Made by a program: the position numbers and the translations under genes. A stretch of 64,000 nt of DNA, from contig CM039008.1 in the NCBI GenBank assembly GCA_017499595.2, forward strand, positions 2,418,001 to 2,482,000. The letters run 5' to 3'. Origin of the DNA: Psilocybe cubensis (lineage: Eukaryota). A model generated the notes under the pieces. That model was not told the DNA's origin, ran no database searches, and was given only the letters and a program-made list of their open reading frames with translations. The number at the start of each line of letters is the position of its first letter. Within the stretch, counting starts at the first letter, position 1. Shown here piece by piece: positions 38,380-51,645 of this stretch.

Positions 38380-39764
38380 TTAGTCGACGGCCAGCTCGAG
38401 CTTGATCTTAGCGATGGCAGCAGCGGGGTTGAGGCCCTTGGGGCAAGTACGTGTGCCTAAGTAGAAGAAATAAAAGGCGTTGATGGTTAAATCAAAGGCA
38501 CAGGCAAACCGAGCAAGCCAGACGTACAGTTGAAGATAGTATGGCATCTGTACAAGCTCATCTCATTCTGGAGCCTCTCCTTTCTTTCTGCGCCTTGGGT
38601 GTCCTGTGGGAAGTAAAATTCAAGAAAAAAGCAATGGTACCAAGTCAGCGATCACTAATCTCCCATGTCGAAAAGTCGTTGTCTCCGCTCTAAATCCCCG
38701 AGCAGAGATAAACACGTACCCTAGAGTCCGCAATCCACCTGTATGCCTGCATCAGGGTAGCAGGGCCCAGATATTGATCCTGGTTCCACCAGTAGGATGG
38801 GCAGGAGGTGGAGCAGCACGCGCACAGGATGCACTCGTACATTCCGTCCAGTTTTCGGCGATCCTCGGGAGATTGGAGATGTTCCCCTGTAATTGTGAAA
38901 ATTTGAGTGAGCTTCCAGAGAATACACAAGAAAGAAAAGAAGGTGAAGAAAACAGAGCAAACGCGTCTACAGTCGCGGAACGAGGGAAAGTGAAGGTTGT
39001 GTCCCGGTGAGACATTTGTCACCTAAACGCCTCGAAACGCGCTGCTTGTTCTAGGTAGATGTAGGATAGTATACACACCTTTCTCAGGAGGGTTGTCATT
39101 CTGCAGCCATGGTTGGATAGACTTGTATTGCTTGTAGAAAAGAGTCATATCGGGGACGAGGTCCTTCACAATGTACACTGTAAAGCACGAGATTAGATAA
39201 CCATTGTACATATCAATCAATGGATTCACTAACTGTGAGGCAAAGGGTAGATCTTGGTGTTCTTGCTGCCTTCTCGGTCAATTCTGCACAAGCAAGCGAG
39301 AGTGTTCTGGCCGTCGATGTTCATAGCGCATGATCCACAGATACCCTCTCGGCAGGACCTCCTAAAGGTGAGCGTTGGGTCGATTTCGTTTTTGATCTTG
39401 ATGAGGGCATCAAGAACCTAAAAAGTTGCGTTGCAGTTGTCAATAACAGCCGACCACACAACCATCGCGCTGCGTGACCACTCACCATGGGCCCGGTCTG
39501 GTTCAAGTCGATCTTATACGACTGCAACTCTGGCTTCTTCTCTGGCTGGTCTGGGTTCTGTTTATAGACTTAAGCACTCACACTACCAAATAGTGCTTAA
39601 GAACACATAAAAAGGATGCCACGAACCCAGCGGTAGATCTTGAATTCCTTCATGAGAACAGGCTTCTCCTGGGGCACGGCCTGCCATCTGCGGGCAGACG
39701 AGGTGAATGCTCGCTTACCCAGAGCGAGGTGCGCTGAGCGACCGGCGGTGAGTAAGGACTGCAT
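38380..39764 (-). CDS. SDH2: Succinate dehydrogenase iron-sulfur subunit
   Basis: Mitochondrial presequence; [53 protein letters not shown]. Confidence 0.97.
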
Positions 39765-41864
39765 GATGCGGACGATAGAAGCGCGGACGACGTTGGTGGT
39801 GGTGTTGAGAGACGGTGGAAGGAGCGACAAAAGGTGGGGAGCCGCTTCCGGTTTCGGGAACAAAGTCGCGTGATATCGGATACTTGGCCAAAAGTAGCCG
39901 GTCCATCAGCCAATAGCATTTCAGATGAATCTAATGCGTCTTCAACTCAAATTCAACAAATTGTTAACATAAAAATGTCTAAAGCCTACTATCTTGACTT
40001 CTTTCATATCAGTGTTAAATCGACCAGATTATTGAAAATAGTAATTCATTTTCTTATGGGAGGCCTTCTGAAAGATTAAACTACTCGAGTTTGCCATCCT
40101 TTTTCGTATAGAATTGAATCAGACATGCTCTTAGTCCGAGTACACATAGTTTCTGAAAACACAGAAGTAAGTTGTTCCAGGATCTCCTGAGTCTGACGCT
40201 TTTCATAATCATCGCCTTATGTGCTCTGTCTCTTGATTCACAGCATGCAAAGATAGATAAATGCTAATATTATGGGGAAGAGGTAGCACAAACACACCAT
40301 GTAGATGGGGCATCTGAAAGTTATATTTCTAGCTCAAAGTGCTGGTATGGCCCACGAAATATACTACAATCTTAACAGTAAGTGTCCGATTAATCAGGGA
40401 TCACTTTTCTTTCTTATCTCATCTCATTCAAAGGTTGACGTCATTCCTGTAGATATTCACAAAATAATCTTGCAGAAAATGATGTAAGAAAAGACATAGC
40501 ATGCGTAATTTTCTTGTATACAAACTTTGAAAAGCTTGAGGGTTCGACGCAACCTTTGTGATAAAAGGCAGGAATCGAAGTCCCTGGCCTTGGCATGAGA
40601 TTCTTCACAGCACGTGATAATTTTACGCGACGCTAAAACTCGACGCGTCGTGAATTTGGGGATGTGTTGGACGTCTCCTGATGCTTTTCTTAAGAGTCAA
40701 GGTTTTAAAAATTTACAGATCTTCCACGTAAAATATGTGCATCTTCTCAAATAGATAGTCGGAAGCCTGACACAAATCAGACACAACTTGGACTTGACTT
40801 AGAACTGATATGTTTACTCATATGTTACAATAAACAAAAGAACGAAACATAAAAGACAGAAATGCAACAAGAACTTGACACTTGCTCACTGTTTCTAACA
40901 CTAAATTTATATATGCAGAGAGTTGGGAAGTGCCGGAGATAAGGTCGTCATGATTTGCTTCGAAATACATCACCAGAATGCAATGCTTGACAGCGGCGAG
41001 TTTCAGTATGGCAAACTGTTGGTGAATACAGTCAAACTACAGACCTTCACCGATATCCTGCTTGCCTATTGTATCGTATGCTTGAATGGTGATGACTTGC
41101 CTGGACGCTGACTCCCTCCTGTCAACAAGATATTGGATGCGAAGGGCGTTCTCGAGACAATTCAGAGCGTCTTTGTGGCTGAGTGTGTCCGGCCACAGAA
41201 ATTTTGGCACTATGTGGTTATTCATCTCAGCAAGCTTCCCGGGTCCTGTTTGCACCGATGATTCAGGGATGATAGCGTTGAGTGAACAGAAAGAGACGCG
41301 ATGCAAATTGTTCCATCTTCTACTCAGGTGATAACCACCGAAGATGCGTGATCTGGACGCGCGTCGCGCGTCGCGTCAGGGTGAATTAGAAAGAAACAGA
41401 TGCACTGCTATAGCTCTACGGCAAGTCTTGAAGTCTAATTTGGCGCCGACCAAATGTCGGCATTACCCGGTGAAGTTTCATGCCGAGACTGGTGGATGCC
41501 GCTTAATTCAGTAGACCTCTCAGGATGTCAACGTTGAAAAGGAAAAGAATACATCCAAGGGCAGTTGGTTTTGATTTCCAGATATACATATCTGAATCAA
41601 TCTGACTTTATCCTGCTTAACATGCATCGCTCCTTGGTTCAAGTCCATAGACTGCCCAATCATCTATTTATTCATTTTGTCTTCCTAAGTTCTGTTTCAT
41701 TGTAAGATCATCCTTTTTTGATGTTTTATTATCTTGATCCACCAATTGATCTACTAGCTATTAATTCTGGGGGTTATTTTTTACTAGATTTATCGGAGTC
41801 GACAATCAATCACGGGAACAGAGGGAGGGAGGTTGACCATTCACACTTGCTTTCTACCGTCATC

Positions 41865-43517
41865 ATGGGTGGCTCTGTATCAAAGCCAGTCGTTTCTAGT
41901 TCATCTTTTCCCGCAATATCTGTACTTCCTGAGGATATCCTATCCGTCATCTTCTTCTTAAACGCCACTGATGATTCAAACACAGCGTATCTTCCTCTCG
42001 ATACCACACGCATAACCTCACAAGTATGCCATAACTGGCGACACATTTTACTCTCAACCACCTCAATTTGGGGAAAACTATTGGATTGGCGGGCTCTCAA
42101 CCAAGAGGGAGATGAGTGGAGAAACGAAGTGCTCAGACGCAGCGGAACCTCACTGCTGTGGGTCAAGGGTTATACCAATCGCCACCATATGCACTCGGCC
42201 ACACCTGCAGACAGATTCGGTCCTGATGTGAAGTGGAACACCATCGTTTTCTTTCACAAGCTGGTATTAGAACAGTGGGAGCGGATTGAATGGCTCTCAC
42301 CTTTCATCATTTCTCAAGATTTCATCAACGGCGTGGAAGCTGCAATGCAGCGCAAAGCACCCTATTTAAGGAGCTTTGCTCTTCCAATATTTTACTATCC
42401 TGACGATTCGTCTACGGGCACTATGTTTTCAAACGACGCTCCCCGTCTCCGGTCATTTCGTGCCACAAATGGTAAATGCAATTTCGACCCAGTCTGGATG
42501 TCCAACCTGAATACGCTTTGCCTGGGGGGGGAAATCACCAGCAAGGAAGTGTGCAGCATCATAGTGCATTTACCAAATCTCAAATCACTAGAGCTCGAAC
42601 GACATAAAGTCATTAAAGGATTTCGAATACCAAAAATTTATCTCCCCAAGTTACGCACACTTATACTGGATGAATGTCTTTACCTGCGAAGGATTACCAA
42701 ACCTCCCGGATGCTCGCTTGTTCTAAGAGGATGGGACCAGAAGCCAATCGACTTGTTTGATGAATGCCGCGATAGAATCGCCGATACCATTATCCACAGC
42801 TTATCTTTATCCCCAACACGTTTCATGGCTTTGGACTTCCAGTCTCATTTCAAGCTCAGGATGTGGGATAGGCAATTTCCATATCGCAACCCCGAGGCAG
42901 AATTCTTCGACATACAGTTATTTCGTCGAGGTCCCATATATCTTCAAGAAACCATATTTCCTGGACTTTTGTACAGATTGACCTCCATTTTTTCAACTGT
43001 CAATACTCTGCTTATACGTTTTAATGAAGGGTCGAGTAGTGCTGCCTTTGAGTCAAAACACACCCTAAAGCGGTTCATAACGTTCTTTTCGTCCGTTGAG
43101 AAGCTGTATATCAGTGAAAAGGACCTAGGAATTTTGTTAGAGGATACCGTTGAGTTGGATGAATCACCCTATCTCCCAAGTTTGCAAACTCTGGCTCTCT
43201 TCGGTGAATGGGATCCTAGTAAAGCAACTTACACTCGCCGATTTCTGAGATGGCGACAAACAAAAGACGCCCAAATTTCAACGTTGGACCTCTCGAGGTG
43301 CACTATACTCGATACAGCTTGCCACCTATGCATGCTGGACAAATTTGCGGGCATCAAGTTGGTGTGGACAAAGGACGGTGGAAAATCCGAGTACAAATGT
43401 GGAAGTTGGCACGCATCATGTACAGTGCCTGTATCACTTCGTGAGCAACTGCAAGAAGTTTGGATGTTAGGAAACACCATGTTCAAATATTTCTCTGCCA
43501 ATGACTCCATTAGTTGA
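41865..43517 (+). CDS. Intronless F-box-like / LRR-like protein
   Basis: LPEDILSVIF...SQVCHNWRHILLSTTSIW, followed by APxLRSF and LPNLKSLEL repeats; probable ATG at 41865 (MGGSVSK). Confidence 0.8.
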   Translation: MGGSVSKPVVSSSSFPAISVLPEDILSVIFFLNATDDSNTAYLPLDTTRITSQVCHNWRHILLSTTSIWGKLLDWRALNQEGDEWRNEVLRRSGTSLLWVKGYTNRHHMHSATPADRFGPDVKWNTIVFFHKLVLEQWERIEWLSPFIISQDFINGVEAAMQRKAPYLRSFALPIFYYPDDSSTGTMFSNDAPRLRSFRATNGKCNFDPVWMSNLNTLCLGGEITSKEVCSIIVHLPNLKSLELERHKVIKGFRIPKIYLPKLRTLILDECLYLRRITKPPGCSLVLRGWDQKPIDLFDECRDRIADTIIHSLSLSPTRFMALDFQSHFKLRMWDRQFPYRNPEAEFFDIQLFRRGPIYLQETIFPGLLYRLTSIFSTVNTLLIRFNEGSSSAAFESKHTLKRFITFFSSVEKLYISEKDLGILLEDTVELDESPYLPSLQTLALFGEWDPSKATYTRRFLRWRQTKDAQISTLDLSRCTILDTACHLCMLDKFAGIKLVWTKDGGKSEYKCGSWHASCTVPVSLREQLQEVWMLGNTMFKYFSANDSIS

Positions 43518-45548
43518 TTCTTTTGGGATACAGAGAGAATCTGTCTGTTGCCCGAACGCCGAATGTGAGCTGCTTGGTCATTTCCCTATTTTTCTTATTT
43601 TCGTCTAGATGTGTGTCGGTAAATTGTATTTTGGGCATTTATGATGACATAACATACCCACACAGGCCTTCATGAGCCATAGTAAGCCCAAGCCTTTTCT
43701 TCCGAGTGAGGGCCCTGATCACCAGGTCTTTGGCTTGGACTCGAGGTTTGGCCTCTTCACAATTGATTTCCGGCCTGACACCATAATTCAAAGCGCCGCA
43801 AGTCGACGGTGGCACACAAATTTGGAGTCGAATGCTCATGCTTGACTGACGGCATCTCAGTTTAATCAGCACAAGTCCAAATCCCAAGTTGGGAGCAGAG
43901 AAAATAGCAGACGAAATTGGACAAAATGATCGAGCCGGATGATTGATGGTCTTTGCTTGTAACAGGGGTCTGCGGGGTCCGAGGCCGTATTAGGCTTGGA
44001 TTTCTGACTGGACGTGTAAGCCTGTACAAAGGTCGCACTCGGAGTCGGTGTCGGAAATTTTGAAATAAGGGGCTAAAGAGTCTGTTTATATTATAATTAT
44101 GTATTGACAGGCGAGAGGTTACTTACAATGTCCTAATAACACTCAAGAATCTGCGCACACGTCATTTTGAAATGATGTCAGAATGTGAAGAGGTTTGTGG
44201 CTGCTCGTTTTCTGTCATTTTTGATTCAAAAAGTGACTTCACCTGGATACTATGTGCAATGTACTTTCGGAATACAATTGCTCAAATTCGAAACCTGATG
44301 GCTGACAATGCATAAGCTAATGTCGCTCGAATGGATTCTTGTGAGATATGAGAGAAGAAGAGATAATCGTGAGATTTGAGTAACGAAAGTTTAGAGTAAA
44401 ATCAAGACCAAATAATAAAGAATAAAGACTGTAAGTGATCAGTGGCGGGTCACTGGAGCCAATACGACGCACGTACCGCGGGGGGCAGTTGCTTGGATTA
44501 TAGAATATTGAGTAATTGTAAGCTGGGTAAGATCTGTTTCAACAGACTGAAAATCGCAGTGGCGAGTCAGCCAAATGGCGCGCGGTTTGTCATTCCGTGG
44601 ACGTGATCGTCTGTGTCAAATTTTTAGCGAATCTTGGAAGGCGAGCGCTGCTCGTCGTCGTGGAAGTCGTGTCGCGGCATCAGCTTGTCATCATGATGAC
44701 ACATATACTCATTAAATTGCAGTCAAGAAATGATCTGTTGGTACGTTGACGATAAAGTAGTAGTGTATATATGTAGCCCATGAAATTAGACGTACCTTGA
44801 GCATACAGTTTACGTATCTGACGAAGAGATAAGCAGGAGATAGACATAAGACATGAACTTTGGATTTGGTTCCGCCAAGCTAGCAGTGGCAAGGTCAAGT
44901 TAAGTTGGCGACGCTCTAGTTTAGCATAAATCGGACGACTTTAAAAAAAGCCATTGACCTAGCACAGGCGAATCGGATGCGTACTCGAGCTAAAGGCTGC
45001 GTTCGGACTCAGAGTTTGGGCGATATTTTGATGGTATTCTCAGTCACAGCTCAACAGCTCGAACACATTGAATTTGGATGCATGCCACGAGTTCCTGGTA
45101 AAGGTCAGATAGCCAAGCTCCAAGTACAGGAAAACGCAGTGCTTGCCGCATTGGTTTTCCGAGCAATTCCCCGGCCAACCGTTTCCAAAGAATACGCTGG
45201 AGAATGTTCAAAACATGTATGCCCCTTCGACGTAGCAGCCACCTTTCAAACCGGCAACGATACGTAGACTAAAAGAGCGCAAAAGAACGTATAGTAGATG
45301 GTTGTTAAGATTCAAAAATATCCCGAAGTGCTCTGCGGCATGTGGGGTGACCGGGGGTCTACAAAATCCGCAGACGCTCGGCACGGTTAGTATTATGCTT
45401 CAAGTCATCAGCCAACAACGACGGAGACACCGCCCTTATTTTCCACCTTCCTTATACCTTAATTCTTTCTAGTTTTCCTTTTGCCGCGCTGGCTCTCGGT
45501 GGAAGGAGACCCCACCTCAGCTAGTTGACGAAATACCACAACTCCTAC

Positions 45549-48500
45549 ATGTCTTTGTTCAAACGAAATCAAGTCGTCGACGAACCCGATACTGACGAGG
45601 AGAATGATGAGACGATCGACCCAGAGCTGCGCTTGCGCACGGTGCGGACAGCTGCTTCCGCTATAGCAGAATCGATCAGGTCAGAGCAGAGGACAGAAAG
45701 AAGGAAGTCACGAAGGTTCTTCAGACGACATACGGCGGAGAAGAAGCAGCATCAGCAGCTGGCGGCCCCTCCAGAAGTGGCACCGACTGCTGCCCCCAAA
45801 GTGCCCGGTGCGAGACGAAATGTCTACGTTAATCACCCATTGTCAGCTATGGAGGTGGATGCTGAAGGGGAACCGAAAGCTAGATACGTCAGGAACAAGG
45901 TTCGGACAACGAGTGAGTACTTTCAGTTTGAGCATTTTGTCGGTATGTTAATCAGTTTAAAGAATACACATTGATCACATTCATACCAAAGAACTTGTAT
46001 GAACAATTTCGACGGTAGGTGGTCTAAAAGCTATACAATTGGCATTGATCTCACCTCCCTACTCGTAGTGTGGCGAATTTGTTTTTCTTGTCGCTTGTTA
46101 TCCTGCAACGTGAGTCTCTGAAAATATTTAATTTCCTCGCATCTTTATACCATCTTCTCTGCAGTATTCCCTATATTCGGTGCTGCCGCAGGTTCAATAG
46201 CAGTTCTGCCGCTTGCTTTTATTTTGACCGTCACCGCTATCAAAGACGGTATTGAAGACTACCGACGTGGAACTTTGGACGAAGAGGTCAATACTTCAGC
46301 TGCCACGAAACTCGGAGGAGGATTTCGGAACGTCAACCAACCCCGCGACCCCCGAAACTGGTTGGAGAAGCTTCTAGGACTGAACGCGCCTGGGAAGGTG
46401 ACTAAGGGTGTAAGGAAACTAAGGGACAGGGAAGCCGGCGCTGCGGGGCAGGATATTAGGGTGATTTTGAACAAAGGAGGAGATGACTCTTCTAGTGTCC
46501 TCACACATGATGTTAGTCAGAGTAGCGTGGATTTGACGCGAGGAGCAAGAGGCGCTGGTGGTCGGCGGTTGGAGGATATTCAGAGCGTGGACTCACACAG
46601 CTATCCGCCTGCAACTCTCAACGACCTGTCGAAGACATCACTATCGGAGGGTTCAATAAATCTACCTAAAGGAACACCTGAATGGTCACAATTTGGGTCG
46701 CTAGCGAACTATCAGCAATCTGTGCATTCTCAGTCTAATATTGGCGTAATTGATTGGAGAAAGAGGACCAGTGGTTCATCGCGGTGGGAGAGAACGCTAT
46801 GGAAAAAGCTGGAGGTTGGGGATATTGTACTGCTGAGGGACAACGACCAGGTTCCAGCCGACATCGTTGTGTTGTCAACCTCCGACCCCGAGAACATGTG
46901 CTACCTGGAAACCAAGAACTTGGATGGCGAAACGAATTTGAAGCCTCGCAAATCGGTCAGAGCCACGTCGTCTATCAGCTCAGAAGACGACGTCGACAGG
47001 TCATCCTTCTATCTCGATTCGGAGCCCCCACATCAGAACTTGTATCATTATCATGCCGTCCTGCGCTACACTGACCCTGCAACGGGTGAGAAGAAACAAG
47101 AACCTGTGAGCATCAACGAGCTTTTGCTTCGCGGCTGTGCCATTCGAAATACAGCTTGGATCATTGGATTGGTTGTGTTCACTGGTGGAGACACCAAAAT
47201 TATGCTGAATGGAGGCGAAACACCCTCAAAGCGTAGCAAGATCGAGAAGGAGACCAACTTCAATGTCATCGTCAATTTCGTGGTTCTTACTCTTATGTGT
47301 TTGATTGCTGCTATCTTCAGTGGCTTGGAAGATGCGAAGACGGGCACTAGCTCCCAATTCTACGAGATCGATACAGACCCGACGTCGTCTCTCATTGTCA
47401 ATGCAGTCATCACCTTTGTGTAAGTCTCTTTGTCTGCCTTACAAAATGTTTACTTATATATGTACCTCAGATCATGTCTTATTGCATTCCAGAATATTGT
47501 TCCCATTTCACTGTATATTTCCATCGAAATTGTCAAGACCATTCAGGCGTACTTTATTTCACAAGACGTCGAGATGTACTACAAACCTTACGACACACCT
47601 TGCGTTCCCAAAACCTGGAACATCTCTGACGACCTTGGCCAAATCGAATACGTCTTCTCCGACAAAACGGGCACGCTGACGCAGAACATCATGGAGTTCC
47701 AGAAATGCTCCGTACATGGTGTCACATATGGCGAGGGGATCACAGAAGCTCAGCGAGGTGCTGCCACCCGCGAAGGCAAAGGCGACACGCTCAACCCGGA
47801 CGAGATCAATGCAAAACTCGAAAAACTCAAGACGCAGATGGTGAACACGATGGCGCGCGCTTTCAAAAACCGATACATGCAGGTCGACAAGCTCACACTG
47901 GTCTCGCCGAAGTTTGCAGATGATCTCATCGACCGCTCAGGCGAGCAGCGCACGCATATGATTGCATTCTTTAGGGCTCTTGCGCTCTGCCATAGTGTGC
48001 TCGCGGACAAGCCAGAGCCTCAGGCATCGCCATTTTTGATCAACTACAAAGCAGAGTCTCCAGACGAGGCAGCGTTAGTCAGCGCCGCGCGCGATGCAGG
48101 TTTCCCATTTTTGGGCAAGAGCAAGGATACACTGGAGATCGAGGTTATGGGTCAGTCGGAGAAGTACACGCTACTGAAGTTGCTCGAGTTTAACAGCACG
48201 CGCAAGCGAATGAGCGTGGTTCTCCGGTGTCCTGATGGCAAATTGATCATGTACTGCAAAGGTGCTGACAGCGTCATCTATGAGCGGCTTGCAAAGGACC
48301 ACGATCCCGAATTGAAGGAACGGACGAGCAAGGACATGGAAATGTTTGCGAATAATGGTCTGAGAACGCTATGCATCTCGTACCGCTATCTTGAGGAAGA
48401 AGAATATATGAACTGGTCCAGAATCTACGACCTTGCCACCAACGCTATTGAGAATCGCGAAGAGGAAATCGACAAAGCAAATGCATTGATTGAGCATTCA

Positions 48501-51247
48501 CTCACCATTCTTGGAGCGACGGCGTTGGAGGACAAGTTGCAGGAGGGAGTTCCAGAGGCTATTGAGATGTTGCACAGAGCCGGAATCAAGTTGTGGATTC
48601 TGACTGGTACGCTTTATGGAAAAGATATTTACTCGCAAGAGGGTTGAATTGACATACTTCGATTTTCAGGTGACAAGCTCCAGACTGCCATCGAAATCGG
48701 CTACAGCTGCAATTTACTCAAGAACGATATGGACTTAATGATTCTTTCCGCCGCCACGCTCGAACAAACCCGTGCCCAGCTTGAGGCTGGTTTGAACAAG
48801 ATTGCCTCGGTGCTAGGCCCACCTACATGGGACCTGCGCAGGCGTGGATTCGTTCCGGGCGCACAGGCGTCTTTTGCGGTGGTCATTGATGGAGACACGC
48901 TCAGGCACGCCCTGACGCCTGAATTGAAACCACTATTCTTGAATCTGGGTACTCAGTGCGAGACTGTTGTTTGCTGCCGTGTGTCTCCCGCTCAGAAGGC
49001 TTTGACTGTCAAATTGGTACAACCTAATTTTTGGATCTTCCTATATGGCTATGTCATATCTGATTCTTTTTCTTTAAATAGGTCAAGGAAGGACGTAATG
49101 CTATGACACTCTCCATAGGTGACGGCGCCAACGACGTGGCCATGATCCAGGAAGCAAACATTGGGTGTGGTCTATTTGGTCTTGAGGGATCCCAAGCTGC
49201 TATGTCTGCTGATTATGCATTTGGACAATTCCGATTCTTGACAAAGCTGCTTCTGGTTCATGGTCGCTGGTCATATCAGCGCATAGCAGACATGCACAGT
49301 AACTTCTTCTACAAGGTGGGCATGAATTTATCACGATAATCTTAGAAACAGCTAAATCTTTTTTGGTAGAACGTTGTTTGGACGTTCGCTATGTTCTGGT
49401 ATCTTCCATTCAACAGCTTCAACGCAACCTATCTGTATCATTATACATTTGTTCTGCTCTGTAATCTTGTATTTACCTCACTTCCCGTTATTGTCCTTGG
49501 AGGTACGCGCATATATGTACTTTCCAGAAAATTACCTACTTACCTATACTGCACTAGCTTTCGACCAGGATATCAATGCTAAAGCGGCTCTGGCTTTCCC
49601 TCAACTCTACGTCCGTGGAATTCGCGGTCTGGAGTACACCCGCACTAAATTCTGGATGTACATGACCGATGGCTTGTACCAATCGGCTGTTGTTTACTTC
49701 TTCCCCTATTTTGTTTGGACTATTGGTTTACCGATTTCATGGAATGGAAAAGGCGTGGACTCTTTGGCGGATTTTGGAACTACTGTGGCCGTCGCTGCCA
49801 TCATGTCAGCGAATGCTTATGTTGGACTGAATACCCATTAGTGCGTTTTTAAATGTTCCACATTCTGGCTAGCAGCTAGCTAACTCTTTTCCTGTGTAGT
49901 TGGACTATCATGACTTTCATAGTTGTGATTGGCTCCACACTTGTCATGCTTTTGTGGATTGTGATTTACTCGTTCTTCCCAAGTGCCGACTTTGTGGATG
50001 AGGTTACAATTCTTTTTAGCACAATATATTTCTGGGCTTCTGTATTCCTGGCTACAACTGTCTGTCTTGGTGCGTCACTACCTTGAAGGCTGAAGCGATT
50101 TCACCTAACGGTTTTTGTAGCCCCTCGTTTCATTGTCAAGTATTGGTCAACAGTCTACCAACCATTGGATAAAGATATCGTTCGCGAGATGTGGGTTAAG
50201 GGCGATCTGAAAGATCAACTCGGGCTATCACATCGCAAAAACCGAAAACAAAAATCACCGCAAAATCTGGAAGCTGCTCCTATGTTCACCGAACAACACG
50301 CTCGCTCGCTGTCGGAAATATCTAGTATTCACAACGTCTACGAGCCTGCGCATTTAAGCAGTCCTGCGCCAAATGCAACGCCAAGACAGACCTACCTTGA
50401 TACCCCGCCTATGAACGAAAATCTAGAACTTCCTCCCCGTGAACCTGGTGTGCAGTATGCCCAAGTCCGCAATCAACCTGTCAGCGATACACATCTTTCC
50501 CCCCTTCCTCTTGGCGCCCGATTTGATAACACACCCTCACCACAACCGTCCTATTATTCTGCATCCGATCTACCGCCAGCTTCTCCTTTACCGTCTCCTA
50601 AATATCGATACCCGAATGGCGAGATCACAAGCACTCCGCCCAGTAGACGGACCAGCTTAGCTACTTCAAGAGCGGCTTCTGTTTCTGCCAGAGGCGCCCC
50701 CCAGAGTCCCATGCCTACCGCTCCATTGCCTCCACAACCGCATTCGCCAAATGCCCTTCTTGTTCCGGGATCACCCTACGGCCCTGGACAAATGACCGAC
50801 GCTGCGCAGTATGAAATGCAGGTAAGGAGTGGTCAGCAGCAACAGTATCAACATAATCAACCTTATTCTGCTGCATCTGTTGTCCCTCCTTCCCCGTATG
50901 GATCTGTCAACCTGGCCCAGAGTGAGATATCCCATGCAACGTATGCGACCGCTGCCGACGACTTTTACGACGCGCAGGAAGATGTACGGGGAACTAATTT
51001 GGGCTATCTTACCCCAGAGCAAGATGTGTATGGGAGTCAGCAAGCACAGCCGATGGCTTATTCGCCACAATATGGCTCAAATCACCCACAACCCCAACAG
51101 CAGCAATACCAGCAGCATCAGCACCTTCAGCCTGCGGTGCTTGACGTTGACGAAATAAATGATGGAGATGGGTCGACATTGAGGCACCATCGGCCAGTGA
51201 GTGCAGTGAGTAATGCGTCGACGTGGGAGGGTGGCCGAGCGCTGTAA
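45549..51247 (+). CDS. P4-type ATPase phospholipid flippase (Dnf1/Dnf2-like)
   Basis: [57 protein letters not shown]. Confidence 0.96.
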
Positions 51248-51645
51248 TTTATTAGATCAGTATCTGTTGTTTTCCTTTTTTTTTCAACATTCATTTCTCG
51301 GAACCAGTGCTTTTTTGATTGTATATTCAAATCACCTTTACCTTCCAATCATTTCCTATTTTGCCTTTTCGAACACATCACGACCTGACTTTCATCCCTC
51401 GCCTGTGGTCCACTCCCGTTATTTGACTTCTTTTCTATATGACACATCTGGATTGGACATTTTTTACTTATAATTATTCGGGTTATACCAAAGTTAGTTA
51501 ATGCAATAGTTTTACAACGTCCCAATGATTAGTAGCACTTTTGCTTTGTTGAAACGAATAAAACAACATCCAAAGACAGTATGTAACATTTGCCTTATTT
51601 CACAATGTATTCATCGACTACGAGGATATGTGTAATATGCCTTTT

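Noticed and set aside
38887-39078. TPP riboswitch or box C/D snoRNA in the SDH2 intron
   Set aside because: The conserved TPP aptamer motifs and clear C/D boxes are not visible.
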